A DNA stretch of 40,064 nt from a virus (taxonomy: Duplodnaviria; Caudoviricetes). The stretch covers positions 1-40,064 of IMG/VR virus record IMGVR_UViG_3300020045_005851. One strand, written 5' to 3'. Under the pieces are notes generated by a model. That model was not told the DNA's origin and made no database searches. It worked only from the letters and a program-made list of their open reading frames with translations. This document shows positions 26,412 through 34,534 of the stretch, piece by piece; the stretch's first letter is position 1; the number at the start of each line of letters is the position of its first letter. The position numbers and the translations under genes are program-made.

Positions 26412-26831
26412 CTAAAATTCAATGCCGACATCTCTTAGGATCTTGCTGTAAGTGAAGTGTTTTTCAGAATTATTATCCTTCCCTTCAACCATTGCCAACC
26501 TATCCGGTAGGTAAACCGGCTTACCCTCCAAATCAAACAAATTCTTCTCTGAATAATCCATAGCCTTATCAAGGTCATCACCACATACCGATAGCGCATA
26601 CAAGAAATTATAATATCGGACGGGGAGCCATTGTATGTCGCGTCGCCATTTCTTTTCATTGGCGCGCGGATTATCTTCTCTTGAAGAGGCCCAGCTATCT
26701 ATTTCTTCTGAAATAATTGTGAAATCTTTTATCTCTGGCTTCCATGTGAATCCCGCATTTCGCATGAGCCGGAAGTCAATCTTGTGCTTAGGCACCACAC
26801 CAATAGGGGTCGCCATAGTTTTTACTCCCAT
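26412..26831 (-). CDS. Hypothetical protein (139 aa)
   Basis: ORF track; coupled to the upstream gene. Confidence 0.65.
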   Translation of the reverse strand: MGVKTMATPIGVVPKHKIDFRLMRNAGFTWKPEIKDFTIISEEIDSWASSREDNPRANEKKWRRDIQWLPVRYYNFLYALSVCGDDLDKAMDYSEKNLFDLEGKPVYLPDRLAMVEGKDNNSEKHFTYSKILRDVGIEF

Positions 26832-27184
26832 GATTTATTAATGTTATTTGATAATAATTTTTGAAGCTCAGGAGACACAAGTGAGGCAGACTTTCTAGGG
26901 CAATCGCATTTCATCCGATAAGGATCGTCACGATCACCCATTGAGTGAGTTCTCCCGCCTTGGCATTTAAATAAACCATTTAACCCTAGTCGCGTTTCTT
27001 CATCATCTTGAATCTGGCCCTTTGGTAAAATATAAGAAATTGAATGCACCATAATGGCTTGACCAGTCTCAGCGAACGCAATCATTTTTGCGCCGCCATT
27101 CATCTGTTGTAGAACTTTCTTATACTGCTCAACATCTATTTCAATCTTATGTCCACCGATAAGAAAAATTATAAATGATTCCAT
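26822..27184 (-). CDS. Hypothetical protein downstream of the initiator (120 aa; possible loader/accessory)
   Basis: Position after the initiator; C-x4-H...C-x-C motif. Confidence 0.65.
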   Translation of the reverse strand: MESFIIFLIGGHKIEIDVEQYKKVLQQMNGGAKMIAFAETGQAIMVHSISYILPKGQIQDDEETRLGLNGLFKCQGGRTHSMGDRDDPYRMKCDCPRKSASLVSPELQKLLSNNINKSWE

Positions 27185-27193
27185 TTTTATAGA

Positions 27194-27934
27194 TTAAATA
27201 ATAATTAACTTTTGTGGCTCAATTGACGAAGCCGACTTTAATTCCCCATGTAAATATTTTAATGAGTTGGAGTTTTTAAACTTAAAATTATCATTTAAAA
27301 TCACATCAAGCCGACGGCGAAACTCTTCTTTACCAATTTTGTTATACAAAACTACTAAGTGTTGAGCGTATCGACGCTGTAGTTGATTGCTTTCCTTAAA
27401 CGTATCTCTACTGGTTGCCTTCTTTAAGGCTAATAACATTTTATTCACCTCTTCATTTCCGTAAACCTTAGGCGCTTCGCCTATACCGTTAGGTATTGTA
27501 TTATTATATGAAGATGAAGATGAAGATGAAGATGAAGGGGGGTTCTGTAGGGGTTTTGGTAGGGGTTTCCCTTTTGGCCTACCACCAAGTTTGCCAAACT
27601 CCCCACCAAGCGCTCCATTAAGCGCCCTACTAACTCTAAATTTTTCATCCTCAACCATGCGTTCATTGAAGAGTTCGCCCGTAAGTTGATCAACACTCAT
27701 CATCGACTTTTCCCGGACTTTTGCCAGAAGTCGGACGGAAGTCCGGCGATCTTTGCCTAAGAGTTGTGGAAGACTTTGCTCAATTTCTTTCGTTAAATAC
27801 CCATATTTTGGCGATTGGTGAAGTAGGCAAAGCAGGTCAATATAAAACCCTTTCTCTTCGTATGAGCAAGCCTTTAATTTAATACTGTTTTGCCAATCAG
27901 CCGGATAGAATTGGAATGATGGTCGCTTAGTCAT
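27194..27934 (-). CDS. Replication initiator, DUF1376/YdaU-like N-terminal domain (246 aa)
   Basis: RPSFQFYPADW...EEKGFYIDLLC...GYL, NERMVED, GKLGGRPK and a poly-Ser linker are typical of this family. Confidence 0.8.
   Translation of the reverse strand: MTKRPSFQFYPADWQNSIKLKACSYEEKGFYIDLLCLLHQSPKYGYLTKEIEQSLPQLLGKDRRTSVRLLAKVREKSMMSVDQLTGELFNERMVEDEKFRVSRALNGALGGEFGKLGGRPKGKPLPKPLQNPPSSSSSSSSSYNNTIPNGIGEAPKVYGNEEVNKMLLALKKATSRDTFKESNQLQRRYAQHLVVLYNKIGKEEFRRRLDVILNDNFKFKNSNSLKYLHGELKSASSIEPQKLIII
27508..27568. repeat. (ATGAAG)x5 plus two GTAGGGGTTT repeats beside an AT-rich patch; candidate origin within the initiator gene
   Basis: 27508-27537 hexamer x5; 27547-27556 and 27559-27568 are identical 10-mers. 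Confidence 0.5.
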
Positions 27935-27993
27935 AAAAAAATATCCGTGGCAGAGCTTGAGGGTTCACACCACGGATAAGGTTCTCAAGCTCT
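27935..27993 (-). promoter_or_regulatory. Interleaved two-stem RNA switch abutting the initiator start codon
   Basis: AGAGCTTGAG-aacct-TATCCGTGG-tgtgaacc-CTCAAGCTCT-g-CCACGGATA-TTTTTTT-ATG. Confidence 0.7.
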
Positions 27994-28027
27994 TTTAAGT
28001 GGGTGAAGCGAGTTTTTGTACAAAAAA

Positions 28028-28056
28028 AGACTACACCAAAACCACACAGAAGTAAA
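28028..28056 (-). promoter_or_regulatory. Putative promoter TTTACT-17-TAGTCT
   Basis: 17-nt spacing; intergenic; upstream of the switch element. Confidence 0.5.
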
Positions 28057-28061
28057 CCACA

Positions 28062-28814
28062 TTACACATCATACTTTTTTAAGATTTCATGGGCGGCCTC
28101 AAGTGTGGCGAGGTCTGATTTGAGTTGGTCGATTAAGCCGGATAGGGATGTGACCGGAAACTCCTTTGTGGGAGAAAAAGATGTTTGTTTTTGTTCTTGT
28201 TTTACCACTTCGTTTGTTTTTGTCTCACTCTTTTCTGGAGGGGTTTTAACCATGGGTGCCTTTCGTATCACTTTACTTCGAAGATCCTGAATCGCTTGGA
28301 TGCCTTCTCGGACCATGTAGTAGCCTGGTTTAGTTTTAGTCTTTTTGATTGCACAAAACTTCTCTACGATGTCGGGGTTCGCTTTAAGAATATTCCGGAT
28401 GGTCTGTCCGGTAACTCCGAGTATTTTTGCGGCCTGGTCGCACGAAAAGCTTTCTAATGCGGGCGACGGTGCAATTGGTGGCTCTTCCAGTGGCTCATCA
28501 ATTTCAGACTCTTTTCCCCTATAATATTTTGGCCTGGTTTTAATCATGCGTAGATATGAAAGTCGCGCCGACATGAGTGTATCACGGTCGGCATCTCTCA
28601 ACATTTCGATCTCTTCGAAGGTTGTATGTCCGTTAAAAACATCCGTGGCCATGTCATCGGGATGGTAGGTTGACTCACTTGCTTTTATCTTCTTTAAATC
28701 ATCGCGCAAAGTAGCTTCATTTTTAATTCCCTTTGCTTCTCTCCAAGGCATATAGCTTGTGCCCCTGTGAGAGGCTTTCTTGATTGAGAGACCCATTCTT
28801 GAGCTCATGACCAT
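28062..28814 (-). CDS. DNA-binding protein with excisionase/MerR-like HTH and C-terminal coiled coil (~250 aa)
   Basis: FSCDQAAKILGVTGQTIRNILK; ATG at 28814 preferred, but the start is uncertain. Confidence 0.65.
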   Translation of the reverse strand: MVMSSRMGLSIKKASHRGTSYMPWREAKGIKNEATLRDDLKKIKASESTYHPDDMATDVFNGHTTFEEIEMLRDADRDTLMSARLSYLRMIKTRPKYYRGKESEIDEPLEEPPIAPSPALESFSCDQAAKILGVTGQTIRNILKANPDIVEKFCAIKKTKTKPGYYMVREGIQAIQDLRSKVIRKAPMVKTPPEKSETKTNEVVKQEQKQTSFSPTKEFPVTSLSGLIDQLKSDLATLEAAHEILKKYDV

Positions 28815-28852
28815 AGAATACCCCCCCCCTCGGGGATTGCACAAGTTACCAC

Positions 28853-28881
28853 TTTACAACCGCGATGTTGTCGCTTAGTAT
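28853..28881 (+). promoter_or_regulatory. Promoter TTTACA-17-TAGTAT at the divergence point, overlapped by an ACAAC-N6-GTTGT inverted repeat
   Basis: Direct reading of the divergent intergenic region. Confidence 0.6.
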
Positions 28882-28906
28882 GGGTTGGCCATAATCCATA
28901 CAACGC

Positions 28907-31117
28907 ATGAATTACCAGGACTTTTTAAAACAGAAGCAGTTCGCGCTAGTCGATTCCGGATTCGATATAGATGAGTTGGAATTAAGCCCAATGCTTTTTG
29001 ACTTCCAGAAGGCTATTGTAAAGTGGAGTTTGCAACGTGGGCGATCTGCTATCTTTGCCGACTGCGGATTGGGTAAAACGCCCATGCAACTTGAGTGGGC
29101 TAAACAAGTTTTAAAAAGAGAGCAAGCCAACGGGAATGAAGATGCGATGATCTTAATCCTCGCTCCGCTTGCAGTTTCATTTCAAACTAAAAGAGAGGGG
29201 GAGAAATTCAATATTCCTGTGAATATTGCTACATCAAACAATGACCTACAAAAAGGAATCAATATTACAAATTATGAAAAACTTGAAAAGTTTGATCCGT
29301 CTGTGTTTTGTGGAGTTATAGCCGAAGAGAGTTCTATCATAAAATCTTTCACAGGGAAGACTAAAATCGCCCTAATCGAAAAGTTTAATAATACTCCGTA
29401 CAAACTAGCATGCACCGCCACGCCATCACCGAATGATTATACAGAGCTAGGGAATCATTGTGAATTTTTAAACATCATGGATCGTAATGAAATGTTGGCC
29501 ATGTTTTTCATAAATGATGCTTCTAATGTAGGCGACTGGCGACTCAAAAAACATGCCATGGAAGAGTTCTGGAGGTTTGTAGGATCGTGGGCTGTGATGT
29601 TACAAAAGCCAGATGATATTGGGTTTGATGGATCCAACTTTGTTTTACCAGGTAAAACCATCACACCTATCTTGCTAGAAGATATGAATGAAAAAACGAC
29701 TCTATTTAGCATGCCAGTGAGTGGGTTATCAGAAGTTAGGATATCCCAAAAAGAATCCATGCAAGAAAGAGTTAAAAAAACAGCAGAATTGATTGCATCA
29801 AAACCGGATGAGCAGTGGCTAGTGTGGTGTCAATTTAATGATGAAGGGGATTTACTAGAAGAAATGATCTCTGGAAGCGTACAGATTAGCGGCGCAGATA
29901 CAGACGCGCATAAAGAAAAATCCATAGTCGATTTTGCTGAAGGTAAAACCCAAGTCCTCATAACAAAAAGTAAAATCGCAGGGTTTGGGGTAAATCTCCA
30001 GTCGTGTCATAATATGATCTTTTGCGGACTATCCTTTAGTTACGAAAGTTACTACCAGTCGATCCGGCGTTGCTACCGGTTTGGCCAAAAAGAAAATGTA
30101 AATGTCTATGTAATTTTATCTGAACGTGAAGTGTCCACACTAGATACGATTAAAGAAAAAGAGATGCACCATGAAGAGATGAATAGCCAAATAGTCAACT
30201 CGGTCAAAACATTCTTTAACTTCAAGTCCATGGATAAGCCATACATGCAAGATACCGTAGTAAATGACCGATTCACTGCAATGTTGGGGGATAGTGTTGA
30301 GAGAATAAAGGAGGTCCAAGACAACAGTATGGACTTCATGATCTTTAGCCCGCCATTTAGTGATCTTTACACTTACTCAAACTCTGATAGGGACATGGGG
30401 AATAGTAAAAACGATGATGAGTTTTATAAGCATTTCGAATTCTTGGCTCAAGATTTATTTAGAGTCTTGAAAGATGGCCGCAATATGAGTGTTCATTGTA
30501 TGAATCTAAGCTACAAGAAGTTTAAGGATGGGTATATCGGCATGAAGGATTTTAGAGGCGACTTGATTAGGCTATTCGAAAGAGTGGGATTCATTTTACA
30601 TTCAGAGGTGACAATCTGGAAGGATCCGGTTGTGCAAATGCAACGCACAAAAGCGTTAACTCTCTTGCATAAACAAATCCGGAAAGATAGTGCCATGTCG
30701 GCGCAAGGATATGCAGAATATCTGATAACTTTCAGAAAACCTGGCGAGAATAAAGAGCCTATTTCTCATTCGCCAGAAGAATTCCCCGTAGAAGTTTGGC
30801 AGAAGTACGCATCACCAGTCTGGATGGATATAAGAGTTGGTGAAACTTTACAAAAGAAAAGTGCCAGAGAAGATAAAGACGAAAAACATATATGCCCACT
30901 GCAACTAGACGTTATCCGGCGTGCCATTTATTTGTGGAGTAACCCTAACGACCTCGTATTAAGCCCATTCATGGGGATTGGTAGCGAAGGGTATGTGTCA
31001 CTTGAATGCGGACGTAGATTTGTAGGTTGTGAACTTAAAAAAAGTTACTACGATCAAGCCGTTAAAAACTTAGAAAACGCTCTCAACTTAAAACAACAAT
31101 TAACGATCCCGCTTTAA
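28907..31117 (+). CDS. SF2 (SNF2-like) helicase fused to a beta-class N4-C/N6-A DNA methyltransferase (736 aa)
   Basis: Q motif LFDFQ, Walker A DCGLGKT, AEESS (Walker B variant), TATPSPN, QSIRRCYRFGQ. MTase motif IV FSPPF precedes motif I LSPFMGIGSEG. Confidence 0.9.
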   Translation: MNYQDFLKQKQFALVDSGFDIDELELSPMLFDFQKAIVKWSLQRGRSAIFADCGLGKTPMQLEWAKQVLKREQANGNEDAMILILAPLAVSFQTKREGEKFNIPVNIATSNNDLQKGINITNYEKLEKFDPSVFCGVIAEESSIIKSFTGKTKIALIEKFNNTPYKLACTATPSPNDYTELGNHCEFLNIMDRNEMLAMFFINDASNVGDWRLKKHAMEEFWRFVGSWAVMLQKPDDIGFDGSNFVLPGKTITPILLEDMNEKTTLFSMPVSGLSEVRISQKESMQERVKKTAELIASKPDEQWLVWCQFNDEGDLLEEMISGSVQISGADTDAHKEKSIVDFAEGKTQVLITKSKIAGFGVNLQSCHNMIFCGLSFSYESYYQSIRRCYRFGQKENVNVYVILSEREVSTLDTIKEKEMHHEEMNSQIVNSVKTFFNFKSMDKPYMQDTVVNDRFTAMLGDSVERIKEVQDNSMDFMIFSPPFSDLYTYSNSDRDMGNSKNDDEFYKHFEFLAQDLFRVLKDGRNMSVHCMNLSYKKFKDGYIGMKDFRGDLIRLFERVGFILHSEVTIWKDPVVQMQRTKALTLLHKQIRKDSAMSAQGYAEYLITFRKPGENKEPISHSPEEFPVEVWQKYASPVWMDIRVGETLQKKSAREDKDEKHICPLQLDVIRRAIYLWSNPNDLVLSPFMGIGSEGYVSLECGRRFVGCELKKSYYDQAVKNLENALNLKQQLTIPL

Positions 31118-31428
31118 TGCAATCTAAGATTTTAAAATTCACTCAGGATCGGAATTGGTTGCAATTCCACACGCCACGCAATCTTGCGGAATCAATTTCT
31201 ATTGAATCAGCCGAATTACTAGAGCTTTTTCAGTGGGATAAACTTCCAGAAGCAAGTCGCGTAAAAGAAGAATTGGCTGATATTTTGATCTATGCCTACC
31301 AATTCTGTAATATAAGTGGATGGAGAGTTGAAGAAATCATGGCTCAGAAGTTGAATCAAAATGAGAAGAAATACCCCATCGAGAAATTCAAAGGCTCAAA
31401 CCTTAAGTATGATGAATATAAACCTTAA
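31117..31428 (+). CDS. MazG-like nucleotide pyrophosphohydrolase (DCTPP1/RS21-C6-like, 103 aa)
   Basis: RNWLQFHTPRNLAESISIESAELLELFQW...EELADILIY...NEKKYP; TAATG coupling to the MTase gene. Confidence 0.9.
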   Translation: MQSKILKFTQDRNWLQFHTPRNLAESISIESAELLELFQWDKLPEASRVKEELADILIYAYQFCNISGWRVEEIMAQKLNQNEKKYPIEKFKGSNLKYDEYKP

Positions 31429-31437
31429 AACAAATTT

Positions 31438-31635
31438 ATGCTCCCAGATCCAATCACACTAGATGAATTACATGCGCTTATGGATTCTCATAACCTAACC
31501 CAATACGGGCTGGCCAAAGAGCTAAGTATAACTAAAGAGCAAGTATTCGGGTGGTATCACGGTAAGCACCGGATAAGTAAGATATGGTCAGTTGTAATTC
31601 GAGAACATTTTAAAAAGAAGAATGAAAATAAGTAG
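31438..31635 (+). CDS. Cro/XRE-type HTH protein (65 aa)
   Basis: LTQYGLAKELSITKEQVFGWYHG. Confidence 0.75.
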   Translation: MLPDPITLDELHALMDSHNLTQYGLAKELSITKEQVFGWYHGKHRISKIWSVVIREHFKKKNENK

Positions 31636-31873
31636 AAATAAAATAAGAGAGTATCGGCTCATGTTTATGAATCGATGCCCAGATAAAAAGCCACACATGA
31701 CTCAATCATCAATTGCAATTCAGTTGGGGGTAGATAGGAGCTTCCTTTCAAGAATTGAAAACAACTACTGCCAACCCAAAAATAAAGAGCGGATCAAGAT
31801 TGTGAATTTTTTCAGAACGTTTAATTCAGAAATTGATGATAAGGACCTGTTTACTTACTTGACAAGTAAATAA
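31622..31873 (+). CDS. XRE-type HTH protein (83 aa)
   Basis: MTQSSIAIQLGVDRSFLSRIENNYCQP. Confidence 0.85.
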   Translation: MKISRNKIREYRLMFMNRCPDKKPHMTQSSIAIQLGVDRSFLSRIENNYCQPKNKERIKIVNFFRTFNSEIDDKDLFTYLTSK

Positions 31874-31887
31874 ATATGCGCTATAGT
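31850..31887 (+). promoter_or_regulatory. Near-consensus promoter TTGACA-17-TATAGT with a 12-bp inverted repeat centred on the -35
   Basis: TTGACA 31859-31864, TATAGT 31882-31887; TTTACTTACTTG-A-CAAGTAAATAAA (11/12 symmetric). Confidence 0.7.
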
Positions 31888-31913
31888 AATGCACTACCAT
31901 CTATTAAACACAT

Positions 31914-32063
31914 ATGGAACCTACCAATTGCGGATGTGCTACTGAAGAGGAGTGCGAACCAGCAGAAGGATGTCCTAGATGTGGCGAGCTAGATATAAAA
32001 GATGATGGTGAGTTTTGTGTACAGTGCCAGGTTAGCGCGGCAGAGTCATATGAAGATCGTTAA
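31914..32063 (+). CDS. Micro acidic Zn-finger protein (49 aa; CPRC...CVQC)
   Basis: Hand translation; first ORF after the promoter. Confidence 0.6.
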   Translation: MEPTNCGCATEEECEPAEGCPRCGELDIKDDGEFCVQCQVSAAESYEDR

Positions 32064-32079
32064 ATTTAACCCAATTGCG

Positions 32080-32286
32080 ATGATAAGCCCAATAGAAGAG
32101 ACTCAAGTTGAAAAAGTTAGGGATTCAAAATATAAAGTGCTGAGCCTAATTAAAATGGTAGTCGATGAATTTATAACTTACGAAGCGTTAGTGGAGGAAT
32201 TGATCGGCGTGAAAACAAGGTGCGAAGATTGCAGGGCCGCGCTCCAACATCAAGAAAATGAAGAAGCCCGGGCGACCGATAACTAA
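32080..32286 (+). CDS. Hypothetical protein (68 aa, MISPIEETQ...)
   Basis: Start reassigned using the TTTAACCC leader. Confidence 0.6.
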   Translation: MISPIEETQVEKVRDSKYKVLSLIKMVVDEFITYEALVEELIGVKTRCEDCRAALQHQENEEARATDN

Positions 32287-32306
32287 ACATCTAACCCAAC
32301 AACGCA

Positions 32307-33095
32307 ATGACTAAAGAAGAAATACTAAAGCTCCTAGTGGACGCAGATTATGAGCAAGAGTACGCAGAGAAGTTTGCGGCTTATTGTATGCGCCTCAAAT
32401 TAGATAAGAGCAAGGACGGAAAGTTAAAAAATCCTTGGATGCAAAGTCGCACCGCCGCCCAGATGGTTGATTTGTATAAGCGTGTCAACCGTGACGGTTT
32501 GGTTTTCGATGGCGAACATATCACGCTACAGTCGACGGGAATCTCTTATGACTATATCGCTTATAAAAATAAGATGTTGCTCTCATATCCTGAGAGCCAA
32601 GTGGACGTCAGCCTTGTTTATAAAGATGATGAGTTTGCTTTTAAAAAGGAAAATGGCGAGGTGAAATATTCTCATAAAATAGCCAACCCATTTGGCCAAA
32701 AAGCAGAAGAGATCCAAGGGGGGTATTGTGTCATCAAAAACAAGCGAGGCGAGTTTATAACTCTGTTGTCGGCCGATGACATAAATAAGCACCGGAAGGT
32801 TGCCAAAACGGATTATATATGGAGAGAGTGGATGAAGGAGATGGCTCTCAAGACCGTGATCAAGAAGGCGTGCAAACAACACTTTGCCGACATTTACCAG
32901 GGCATCGAAGAATCAGATAATGAAAACTATAACTTAGATAACCCTATCGGGCTTGATCTTAAGTATAAGCAGGAGATGGACGCCATCAAAACCATTGATG
33001 AGTTGAGGGCTTACTACCAAAAGAATAAAGGGAAAGGCGCCGATTTTGATAAGTATTGTGCAATTCGCAAGAACCAGCTAACCCAACCCAAATGA
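32307..33095 (+). CDS. recT: RecT/Redbeta-family single-strand annealing protein (262 aa)
   Basis: LVYKDDEF, GGYCVIK, IWREWMKEMALKTVIKKACK; coupled to YqaJ. Confidence 0.8.
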   Translation: MTKEEILKLLVDADYEQEYAEKFAAYCMRLKLDKSKDGKLKNPWMQSRTAAQMVDLYKRVNRDGLVFDGEHITLQSTGISYDYIAYKNKMLLSYPESQVDVSLVYKDDEFAFKKENGEVKYSHKIANPFGQKAEEIQGGYCVIKNKRGEFITLLSADDINKHRKVAKTDYIWREWMKEMALKTVIKKACKQHFADIYQGIEESDNENYNLDNPIGLDLKYKQEMDAIKTIDELRAYYQKNKGKGADFDKYCAIRKNQLTQPK

Positions 33096-33679
33096 AAATG
33101 CACTCTTGCCAACAGGGGTCTGAAGACTGGTTTAAGCTACGCGCCGGGAAGCTCACCGCGTCAAACGCACAGGCGATCGCAACGGCTGGAAAGGGGCTTG
33201 AGACGCTCTGCTATAAAACATTGGCTGATAAGTACGCGACCACACTGGAAGAGGGTTATACTAACTCCAACATGGAGCGCGGCACCGAGCTAGAAAGCCA
33301 GGCGAGATCAATTTATGAACTTGAAACTGGGGTTGTGGTTGATCAAGTTGGCTTCATAGAATACTCCGATTATGTAGGAGGTAGCCCAGACGGGCTTATC
33401 GGCACTGACGGCGTTGTGGAAATAAAGTGCCATGACAACACAAATCACTTTCGATTATTGACTGGCCAAGATACAGACCCAAAGTATGTCTGGCAGATGC
33501 AAATGCTTCTACTAATAACGGGAAGAGAGTATGCTGACATGTTGGCATATTGCCCGAATTTTTCTAAGAGCTTGATCGTGCGAAGATTTGAAAAGGACGC
33601 AGACATGCACAAGAAATTGTTGGCCGGGTTTGTGGAAGGCGAGCGGCTCATTAAGGAAATTGAATCTAAACTTAAATAA
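33092..33679 (+). CDS. YqaJ-like (lambda-type) exonuclease (195 aa)
   Basis: QGSEDWFKLRAGKLTAS, MERGTELE, GGSPDGL, VEIKC, YVWQMQMLL; start at the ATGA overlap. Confidence 0.9.
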   Translation: MKMHSCQQGSEDWFKLRAGKLTASNAQAIATAGKGLETLCYKTLADKYATTLEEGYTNSNMERGTELESQARSIYELETGVVVDQVGFIEYSDYVGGSPDGLIGTDGVVEIKCHDNTNHFRLLTGQDTDPKYVWQMQMLLLITGREYADMLAYCPNFSKSLIVRRFEKDADMHKKLLAGFVEGERLIKEIESKLK

Positions 33680-33739
33680 CTCTTTATGTAAAACTTCTTC
33701 ATTCTATATTTCTGATGTATATTTTTAAAATTCTATTGT

Positions 33740-34201
33740 ATGAAAAACTTGAAGCTAGAAAGTCATAGGTTGGTTAGGGGATTATCCCGTGAGGGCCTTG
33801 CAAATTTGGCGGGAGTGTCTCAGAGTTACTATGGTCGTTTTGAGAATGGAGAAATTTTGCCCAGCGCGCCAATACTAAAGAAAATTGCAAACGCGTTAGG
33901 AGTCCCTATAAATGAGATTATGCCAGAAGATCGCAAACTTGAGTCACTTGAGTCACTTGAGTCACTTGAGTCACTTGAGTCACTTGAGTCACTTGAGTCA
34001 CTTGAGTCACTTGAGTCACTTGAGTCACTTGAGTCACCCTTCCAAGCAATACAAAGGCTACTCCCCAAATTATCTGGAGACTTCCATTCTTTAAAATGGA
34101 TCAATCGTCAATGTTATACTTTAATGACAATCCATCCGGACTTTGAAGAGTACCGCGCGAATAAACCTATTCGTAACTACAACACAATAAATAGACCATA
34201 A
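33740..34201 (+). CDS. XRE-family HTH regulator with (LES)11 linker (153 aa)
   Basis: GLSREGLANLAGVSQSYYGRFENGEILPSAPILKKIANALGV. Confidence 0.85.
   Translation: MKNLKLESHRLVRGLSREGLANLAGVSQSYYGRFENGEILPSAPILKKIANALGVPINEIMPEDRKLESLESLESLESLESLESLESLESLESLESLESPFQAIQRLLPKLSGDFHSLKWINRQCYTLMTIHPDFEEYRANKPIRNYNTINRP
33938..34036. repeat. Perfect tandem repeat (CTTGAGTCA)x11, in frame
   Basis: 99 bp, no mismatches. Confidence 0.95.
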
Positions 34202-34203
34202 GT

Positions 34204-34365
34204 ATGCTGAAATATCCTTTCGTTTTGGGCGTGATCATAGGGACATATATTGTAGCCCTAATCTTAAGTTTTATTGTTGCTCAACATTCAAAGCGTCTTG
34301 ATGGCCTAGAAATCTGTTATGAAAATCCAAACTGTTCAATTACAGAAAACTTAAGCTATGAATGA
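34204..34365 (+). CDS. Small membrane protein (53 aa)
   Basis: Hand translation MLKYPFVLGVIIGTYIVALILSFIVAQHSKRLDG... Confidence 0.55.
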   Translation: MLKYPFVLGVIIGTYIVALILSFIVAQHSKRLDGLEICYENPNCSITENLSYE

Positions 34366-34534
34366 TCGAATCGCTAAACTAGAAAAGCGTCTCGACGCGG
34401 CGGCAACGGCTTTCAAGAACCTCCAAGCCCGGGTTGAAAAGATCGAGCTGGCCATGCCATCATCAGCGAGATTTGAAGAAGAGGTCATCGACCCATTACC
34501 TGACTATAAACCTTTACCAGAATTCCCGCTATGA
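34358..34534 (+). CDS. Small coiled-coil protein with acidic/Pro tail (58 aa)
   Basis: Hand translation MNDRIAKLEKRLDAAATAFKNLQARVEKIE...EEEVIDPLPDYKPLPEFPL. Confidence 0.6.
   Translation: MNDRIAKLEKRLDAAATAFKNLQARVEKIELAMPSSARFEEEVIDPLPDYKPLPEFPL

Noticed and set aside
33938-34036. CRISPR array
   Set aside because: The units are 9 bp and contiguous, with no spacers and no cas genes; it is a minisatellite.
33829-34104. (SSD)n and (SHL)n ORFs in other frames
   Set aside because: They are by-products of the stop-free 9-bp repeat; the XRE frame explains the locus.
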